A stretch of 64,000 nucleotides of DNA from positions 53,646-117,645 of the forward strand of contig QPMI01000185.1 in assembly GCA_004431415.1 (NCBI GenBank). The letters run 5' to 3'. Below the pieces are notes generated by a model. It was not told the DNA's origin. It searched no databases and saw only the letters and a list, made by a program, of their open reading frames with translations. The position numbers and the translations under genes were made by a program. Origin of the DNA: Cyanophora paradoxa CCMP329 (lineage: Eukaryota; Plantae; Glaucophyta). This document shows positions 63,801 through 64,000 of the stretch, piece by piece. Positions within the stretch are counted from its first letter, which is position 1. Each line of letters begins with the position of its first letter.

Positions 63801-64000
63801 TGCGTTCTGATTCCCTTCCCAATTAAACAGGACCCGCGCGGCAGCCTGGCTGGGCCCGCGTGCGGTTTCTGATTCCTTCCCCCAATTTAAAATCAGGACC
63901 TGCCGCGCGGGCCAGCCTGCGGACCCCGCGTGCGGTTTCTGATTCCTTCCCAATTTAAATCAGGACCTGCCGCGCGGGGGCCAGCCTGGGCTTGGGGCCC
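51815..64000. repeat. Satellite array of alternating 78- and 73-bp monomers (151-bp dimer) with higher-order repeats; candidate centromeric or subtelomeric DNA
   Basis: caatttaaaatcaggacctgccgcgcggggccagcctg(ggcttgggg|cgga)ccccgcgtgcggtttctgattccc(ttccccc|attctct); starts at 57812, 57890, 57963 and 58041 give 78/73/78 spacing. Confidence 0.97.

Noticed and set aside
51815-64000. CRISPR-like look of the short repeats, and many ORFs
   Set aside because: No unique spacers or cas genes. The variable parts are two alternating variants, and the ORFs are translations of satellite.

Overview
Eukaryotic nuclear DNA, very GC-rich with short introns. It is probably from a glaucophyte alga such as Cyanophora; this is inferred from three genes whose N-terminal extensions start MAF, typical of muroplast transit peptides. 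1-29.7 kb is gene-dense, with mostly head-to-head gene pairs: Pro/Ser/Thr-repeat membrane protein, SOUL haem-binding protein, coiled-coil protein, plastid-targeted HU, type I membrane protein, NELF-C/D (TH1), MFS transporter, degenerate PPK2, DHX33-like helicase and an NAD(P)-binding SDR. 29.7-37.7 kb is a lower-GC block carrying a Ulp1/C48 protease gene. 37.7-51.7 kb is an array of six ~686-bp units. Unit 3 is interrupted by a 9.5-kb AT-rich, intronless, virus-like insertion (39361-48858) and unit 4 by a tRNA-derived SINE. The main finding is this insertion. It starts with an opened, imperfect hairpin telomere followed by palindromic iterons. Its genes all point toward the hairpin: prokaryotic-type AdoMet decarboxylase, a Zn-ribbon protein, two paralogous fibre-like proteins and a ~2000-codon modular fibre gene truncated at the far junction. 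It looks like the captured end of an undescribed linear, hairpin-ended large DNA virus. 51.8-64 kb is a 73+78-bp (151-bp dimer) dyad-symmetric satellite with higher-order repeats, a candidate centromere or subtelomere.
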